Assembly: GCA_963815455.1 (NCBI GenBank)
Contig: CAWFGO010000002.1
Location: 480,001-544,000, forward strand
Origin: an uncultured Verrucomicrobiae bacterium
GTDB taxonomy: Bacteria; Verrucomicrobiota; Verrucomicrobiia; Chthoniobacterales; UBA10450
DNA: 64,000 nt
Reading direction: 5' to 3'
Within the stretch, counting starts at the first letter, position 1; every line of letters begins with the position of its first letter. Positions 59,306 through 64,000 of this stretch are shown piece after piece. The position numbers and the translations under genes are program-made. The notes under the pieces are model-generated. The model was not told where the DNA came from. It saw only the letters and a program-made list of their open reading frames with translations, and did not search any database.

Positions 59306-59408
59306 CCAACAAAAAAAGCGGAGACTTCTCTCCGCTTTTTCGGTAAGAAACGCTTTTGAACCGATGTATCTGACTAGCAGATAGGGAAACGGTCTGCGTT
59401 ATCTAACT
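59306..59408 (-). ncRNA. putative structured small RNA / repeated element, copy 2
   Basis: agttagataacgcagaccgtttccctatctgctagtcagata...aagcgtttcttaccg followed by the terminator hairpin. Confidence 0.4.
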
Positions 59409-59429
59409 CTTGAATCCCCCAATATGAAT

Positions 59430-59516
59430 CGAATCTAACCCAAGCCGGCCTCGAAGCGCAGCCCCGAAAGCATTCGGGGTGCGCCGGTTGCACAACTTTA
59501 GCTATTGTCCATGGCT
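59430..59516 (+). pseudogene. degenerate duplicate of the cas4 5' end
   Basis: Two blocks match 60001-60082 at 29/34 and 35/39 nt by manual alignment; encodes VRRLHNFSYCP; interrupted by the palindrome ccccgaaagcattcgggg. Confidence 0.75.
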
Positions 59517-59523
59517 GGTTCGC

Positions 59524-59742
59524 CTACCGGAACTCTTCAACATCCAATCCACTTCCGCGCACAATGTTTTTCAATGTGCCGATCGGAATCGGTTTGCTGC
59601 CGTGCATCGGAACAATGACTTGCCGGCCATCTGGATGACGCCATTTCTGATGACTGCCGCGTTGGTCGAGGAAAACGAATTCGTGACGACGAAGAACGCG
59701 AACCACGTCGTGCGCGTTGCAGACGGGAAAACGTCGGCTCAC
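59524..59742 (-). CDS. hicA: HicA family toxin (mRNA interferase)
   Basis: RGSHQKWRHPDGRQVIVPMH, GTLKNI. Confidence 0.9.
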   Translation of the reverse strand: MSRRFPVCNAHDVVRVLRRHEFVFLDQRGSHQKWRHPDGRQVIVPMHGSKPIPIGTLKNIVRGSGLDVEEFR

Positions 59743-59942
59743 GGAAGAGCCACTTCCACCACCTTGGCTCCGTCGCGTAACTCAACCGGCGATGGTTCAA
59801 ACCACAGGGCCAGAGCTTCCTTCGCATTGGCGATGGCTTCATCTTCCGTATCGCCAGCGGAGCCGCAGCCGGGAAGCTCGGGGAAAACCGCTGACCAGCG
59901 TTCGGTCTCGGCATCGTGTTCCACTACCAGCCGGAATTTCAT
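59739..59942 (-). CDS. hicB: short HicB family antitoxin
   Basis: FPELPGCGSAGDTEDEAIANAKEALALW. Confidence 0.88.
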   Translation of the reverse strand: MKFRLVVEHDAETERWSAVFPELPGCGSAGDTEDEAIANAKEALALWFEPSPVELRDGAKVVEVALP

Positions 59943-59987
59943 GAAGCACAGGATAACTCCATTCAAGGTGCCCGGCAATCTTCCTTT

Positions 59988-60518
59988 GTGAGCGACGCAC
60001 CGATTCAAACCCAAGCCGGGCTGGAAACGCAGCCGCTTATGCCGGTGCGCCGTTTGCACAACTTTATCTATTGCCCACGGCTCTTTTACTATCAGTGGGT
60101 CGAAAATATTTTTCAGGAGAACGCGGACACGATTGAGGGGTCGCACGTGCACCGGAATGTCGATGCGCCTTCGCGGTTGAGCGAAGAAAAAGCAAAGGCG
60201 CTCAACGAAAGTCTTCCTGAAGGCGCGACCCTGCGCAGTTTGCGTCTGCAAAGCGAATCGCTCGGGCTCATTGGCGTTGTCGATCTTATTGAAGGCGGGC
60301 CGGACGGCGCCGAGATTATTGATTACAAGAAAGGTTCCGCGCGTCGGAACAGCGACGGCGAACGCGTGGCGAAAGAGCCGGATGCGATTCAGGTCGCGAC
60401 GCACGCGTTGTTGTTGCGCGAGCATGGGCTGAGGCGGGAGGAAGCGGTGGCGAATCGGATCGATGCCAGCCGGCTCGCAGTCATCGCGATTTCAGAAAGG
60501 CTGAGGCGGGAGGGTTGA
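59988..60518 (+). pseudogene. cas4: truncated Cas4 (resembles the N-terminal domain of Cas4-Cas1 fusions)
   Basis: PVRRLHNFIYCPRLFYYQWVE, G.VDL.E, DYKKG, Q...HALLLREHG; the C-terminal three-Cys cluster and any Cas1 are absent. Confidence 0.75.
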
Positions 60519-60625
60519 TCGAGCGAATTCGGCGGAGCCGAATTCGGTTTAGAAATCAAGTTGTTGCATAGCCCGCTTATGCGCGACTCCTTGCGCAGAC
60601 TAATCCCGAGGATACGGTTTCGCTC

Positions 60626-61507
60626 ATGTCGCCGGATGGGCAAATTTTCACACTCGGACATTCACCCGATCCCGATGATGCGTTCATGTTCTATGCGATG
60701 GCGGAGAACAAGATCGATCTCCGCGGGTACCAGTTCGAACATCGGCTAGAGGATATTCAAACGCTGAACGAACGCGCCCTGCGGGGTGAGCTGCATCTCT
60801 CGGCCATTTCGATCCATGCCTATGCTTATGTGAGCGACAAATACGCATTGCTGCCGTGCGGCGCGAGCATGGGCGATGGATATGGACCGATCCTGGTCAG
60901 GAAAATTCGAAACTCGAAATTCGAAATTCGAAATTCACATCAGGATGTCGATGTTCGCGAGTCGTTACGCGATAACGTGATAGCCGTACCAGGCAAAATG
61001 ACCAGCGCGTTTCTGGCGCTGCAACTTTATCTGGGCGAATTCAATCACGTTGTCGTCCCGTTCGATCAGATTTTCGACGCAGTGAAAGAGGGCCGCGCCG
61101 ATGCCGGACTGATCATCCACGAAGGGCAACTCACCTATGCGCGTTCGGGTTTTGAGAAGATTGTCGATCTTGGGGAATGGTGGAAACGTGAGACCGGTTT
61201 ACCGCTTCCACTTGGCGGGAATGTCTTGCGCAAAGATCTGCCGCCGCCTGTTCGCAGGGATATTTTGGAAATCATGCGGGAAAGCATCGATTACGGTCTG
61301 GCCCATCGCGAGGAAGCCGTGCGCCATTCTCTTCCCTACGCGCGCGATATGGACGCTGCGCTGGCCGGAAAATTCATCGGCATGTACGTAAATGAATTCA
61401 CCCGCGATTATGGGGAAACCGGCCGGGCTGCCATCCGCAAATTCCTCGGCGATGCTGGCGCGGCCCGTTACATCGACAAGGAAGTCGATCTGGAATTTAT
61501 CGAATAA
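60626..61507 (+). CDS. mqnD: 1,4-dihydroxy-6-naphthoate synthase (futalosine pathway)
   Basis: LGHSPDPDDAFMF, IQTLN, G.GYGP, IIHEGQLTY, DLGEWW, LPLPLG, MYVNE. Confidence 0.88.
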   Translation: MSPDGQIFTLGHSPDPDDAFMFYAMAENKIDLRGYQFEHRLEDIQTLNERALRGELHLSAISIHAYAYVSDKYALLPCGASMGDGYGPILVRKIRNSKFEIRNSHQDVDVRESLRDNVIAVPGKMTSAFLALQLYLGEFNHVVVPFDQIFDAVKEGRADAGLIIHEGQLTYARSGFEKIVDLGEWWKRETGLPLPLGGNVLRKDLPPPVRRDILEIMRESIDYGLAHREEAVRHSLPYARDMDAALAGKFIGMYVNEFTRDYGETGRAAIRKFLGDAGAARYIDKEVDLEFIE

Positions 61508-61509
61508 CG

Positions 61510-61686
61510 CTACTTCTTCGGCTTCTGGGCCTTTTCCGTTTGCTTGACTACGAACGACTTCAGCCGGGTAAATTCCTTTTGGAATCCGTCCGCGAAATCG
61601 TGCGTGCCGTACTCGAAAAGCACGACGAAGCAGAAGGTGAAAAAGACGAACAGAGCGAGCCAAAACAGGCCGCGAATTAATGCCAT
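61510..61686 (-). CDS. small hypothetical membrane protein
   Basis: MALIRGLFWLALFVFFTFCFVVLFEYG...; TAGCCT hexamer 7 nt upstream of the ATG. Confidence 0.65.
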   Translation of the reverse strand: MALIRGLFWLALFVFFTFCFVVLFEYGTHDFADGFQKEFTRLKSFVVKQTEKAQKPKK

Positions 61687-61795
61687 GGGCGGAAGGCTAA
61701 CGCAGTCAGATTGCCGGGTCAACGCTTGAACCAACGGGCGAAGCTGCCATGCTCGCCACTGGACGAGTCCGTCCAACTGGCGGACTTTTCGGGCC

Positions 61796-62980
61796 ATGCG
61801 GGTGCCAATGCTCGATCTCAGCGAACAGTATCGCGTTCTCGCCGGGCCAATCCGGACCGAGATCGAAGAGGTGCTGGCCAGCCAGCGATTCATTCTAGGG
61901 CCAAAAGGTGAGGCACTCGAGCAGGCGATAGCCGCGTACTGCGGTGTTCCGCACGCCATCGGGGTGTCATCCGGCACCGACGCCTTGCTGGCCACATTGA
62001 TGGCATTAGAGATCGGGCCCGGCTATGCAGTCATAACCCCGGCCTACAGCTTTTTCGCCACGGCTGGTTGCGTGGCGCGCGTCGGCGCCACTCCCCGCTT
62101 CATCGACATCGACCCGGACACTTACAATATTTCGCCGTCAGCACTGAAGCGGTACATCCATGAGCACTGCAGCAGGTCCGACGGAAAGCTGGTTGATGGA
62201 AACGGCCAGATAATTTGCGCGATCATTCCAGTCCATCTCTTTGGACTGTGCTGCGAAATGAACGAGATCATGGAGGTCGCGCGGGAAAACAATCTCCTGG
62301 TGATCGAAGATGCCGCCCAGGCCATCGGCGCGGAATACCCCGGATCAAAGGGGACCGCGAGAGCGGGATCGATGGGCGACGCCGGTTGTTTCAGTTTTTA
62401 TCCGTCAAAAAATCTCGGAGCTGCGGGTGACGCCGGTCTGATTACGTGCCGAAACGATGATTTGGCAAAGCGACTGCGGATTTGCCGGCAGCACGGAATG
62501 GAGCCGCGTTACGAGCACCACTTCATCGGCGGAAATTTCCGCCTCGACGAAATACAGGCGGCGATTCTCAAGGTGAAGGCACCGTATTTGGATGGCTGGT
62601 CGGCAGCGCGCCGGACCGCGGCCGATTTTTACCGGCAAGAATTGACCCGGGCCGGCCTGACGAAACGAATCACGCTTCCGGCCGAGCCATATCGTGATCG
62701 CGGTGTCGCGAACTACCATATCTATCATCAGTACGTCATTCGCACACCGGATCGCGACGGGCTGCGGAAGCATTTGGCCGACCGCGAGATTGAGACTGCG
62801 ATTTATTATCCGATTGGGTTGCCCCAACAAAAATGCTTTGAATATCTGGATTACGAGCCGGACGATTTTCCCGAGACCGAGCGCGCCACCCGTGAGACAT
62901 TGGCGCTCCCGATCTATCCGGAAATTTCGCGCGAAGCGCAGCAATTCGTAGTAAAGTCGATCGCGGAATCTTTCGGATAG
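61796..62980 (+). CDS. DegT/DnrJ/EryC1/StrS aminotransferase
   Basis: SSGTDAL, PVHLFG, EDAAQA, FSFYPSKNLG, NFRLDEIQAA. Confidence 0.93.
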   Translation: MRVPMLDLSEQYRVLAGPIRTEIEEVLASQRFILGPKGEALEQAIAAYCGVPHAIGVSSGTDALLATLMALEIGPGYAVITPAYSFFATAGCVARVGATPRFIDIDPDTYNISPSALKRYIHEHCSRSDGKLVDGNGQIICAIIPVHLFGLCCEMNEIMEVARENNLLVIEDAAQAIGAEYPGSKGTARAGSMGDAGCFSFYPSKNLGAAGDAGLITCRNDDLAKRLRICRQHGMEPRYEHHFIGGNFRLDEIQAAILKVKAPYLDGWSAARRTAADFYRQELTRAGLTKRITLPAEPYRDRGVANYHIYHQYVIRTPDRDGLRKHLADREIETAIYYPIGLPQQKCFEYLDYEPDDFPETERATRETLALPIYPEISREAQQFVVKSIAESFG

Positions 62981-63064
62981 GATCGACAACGTCGTTTCAC
63001 CGGGGCACGGGCAAATTACTTGCGGGGGCGAGTCCGTGCGCTATATCAAAACGCTCGCACTGAC

Positions 63065-63147
63065 GGGTAGGTACCGAAGTGGCCAAACGGGGCAGACTGT
63101 AAATCTGCTGGCTTACGCCTTCGCTGGTTCGAATCCAGCCCTGCCCA
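63065..63147 (+). tRNA. tRNA-Tyr(GTA), CCA not encoded
   Basis: gggtaggtaccgaagtggccaaacggggcagactgtaaatctgctggcttacgccttcgctggttcgaatccagccctgccca; long variable arm. Confidence 0.95.
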
Positions 63148-63190
63148 CTCCTTTTCTCAATATTGGAGCGCCGTTGCGGAGCTTCCATTC

Positions 63191-63222
63191 AAAAAAAAAC
63201 GCCCGCCGAAGCGGGCGCTTTT
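63191..63222. terminator. bidirectional intrinsic terminator
   Basis: A9-cgcccgc-cgaa-gcgggcg-ctttt between the convergent tRNA-Tyr and RRM gene. Confidence 0.8.
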
Positions 63223-63241
63223 GATGAAAATTATCTTGGGC

Positions 63242-63628
63242 TTAGCGGCCTCGTCTTCCACCGCCATCCCGGCGACCGCCGCCGTAGCCTCCGCCACCGC
63301 CGCCGCCACCACCGTAACCGCCGCCACCACCACCGCCGCCGTAGCCGCCACGGCCGCCACCGCCACCAGGCGGGCGGGCTTCGCGCGGGCGCGCTTCGTT
63401 CACGGTCAAGGGCCGGCCTTCCACGGTCTTGCCGTTAAACTGGGTGATTGCGTTCTGGGCCTCCTGGTCCGAACTCATCGTCACGAAAGCAAAGCCTCGC
63501 GATTTGCCAGTGAATTTATCCTGCATGAGTGTGACCTCCTGGACGGTGCCAGCTTGCGCGAAGAGCTCCTGCAGTTCGTTTTCTGTCGTGCTGAAAGCAA
63601 GATTTCCGACGTATAATTTAGTTCCCAT
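63242..63628 (-). CDS. RRM RNA-binding protein with Gly-rich tail
   Basis: KLYVGNL (RNP2), RGFAFV (RNP1), VNEARPRE, GGGY repeats. Confidence 0.95.
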   Translation of the reverse strand: MGTKLYVGNLAFSTTENELQELFAQAGTVQEVTLMQDKFTGKSRGFAFVTMSSDQEAQNAITQFNGKTVEGRPLTVNEARPREARPPGGGGGRGGYGGGGGGGGYGGGGGGGGGYGGGRRDGGGRRGR

Positions 63629-64000
63629 TGAGTTTATTCTACAAACGCAGCTAGGTCACTGTTCCCGCTTATCGGATTTCAAATCGTCGCTGAATAAACT
63701 CAACTGACAATTCACCAACTTCCGAGCTACTGTTTTCGTTTGGCCTCATTAGTAAATGCTTCTTTTGAGAAAGCAACAGGAATCGCGGACGAATTTATGT
63801 TGTAGAAATGCCCAAATCTAACGTTACAAACGGAAAAAAGATCAGGGTCGCAATTGTGGCTGCTGGGGTGGTCAGTCCGCTTGGATTTGGCCGGGACGAA
63901 ACGATGGAATCGCTCCGGCTGGCCCGGGATTGCGTTACCCCAGTGACACGATTTTCGGTCGATCAATGTCGCTGCAAAACCGCCGGGCAAATCCCGGACG

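Noticed and set aside
58500..60620. Functional CRISPR-Cas locus around cas4
   Set aside because: No repeat-spacer array, cas1, cas2 or effector is visible, and cas4 lacks its C-terminal Cys cluster.
63265..63370. (ccg/cca)n low-complexity tract
   Set aside because: It encodes the ordinary Gly-rich tail of the RRM protein.
63727..63990. 87-aa minus-strand ORF at the window end
   Set aside because: No recognisable motif; it may simply be the upstream region of the RRM gene.

Overview
A GC-rich bacterial chromosomal segment. By inference it is Verrucomicrobiota (Spartobacteria/Chthoniobacterales-like), based on a PEP-CTERM protein, TGTTC-N4-GAACA LexA boxes and typical helical-repeat proteins. 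Most of it is housekeeping or envelope genes: ABC exporter, lexA, dusB, lptG, DinG-like helicase, gndA, moaE, pgsA, a Wza/Wzc-type EPS cluster, maf, acr3, exbBD-TPR, glgE, ygfZ, parB, mqnD, tRNA-Gly and tRNA-Tyr. About 15-18 small indels break otherwise intact genes and look like long-read assembly errors. Five observations stand out. (1) A small GIY-YIG nuclease gene is flanked on both sides by tandem ~130-150 bp GTCA-tagged palindromic units that are also dispersed through the window. It sits next to a classical RAYT/GTAG-REP module and is a candidate mobiliser for the (C/T)GTC REP class. (2) The mutasome imuB is split into two complementary genes ~20 kb apart, each operon with its own LexA box. 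(3) A four-helix-bundle gene is inserted between exbB and exbD, bounded by inverted heptamer arrays. (4) A variable island holds two hicBA pairs, a duplicated structured small-RNA-like element and a truncated, partly duplicated cas4, with no CRISPR array in the window. (5) Several short palindromes are nested inside other repeats or inserted in frame in proteins (DnaE2, ImuB, Maf, MoaE, MqnD).
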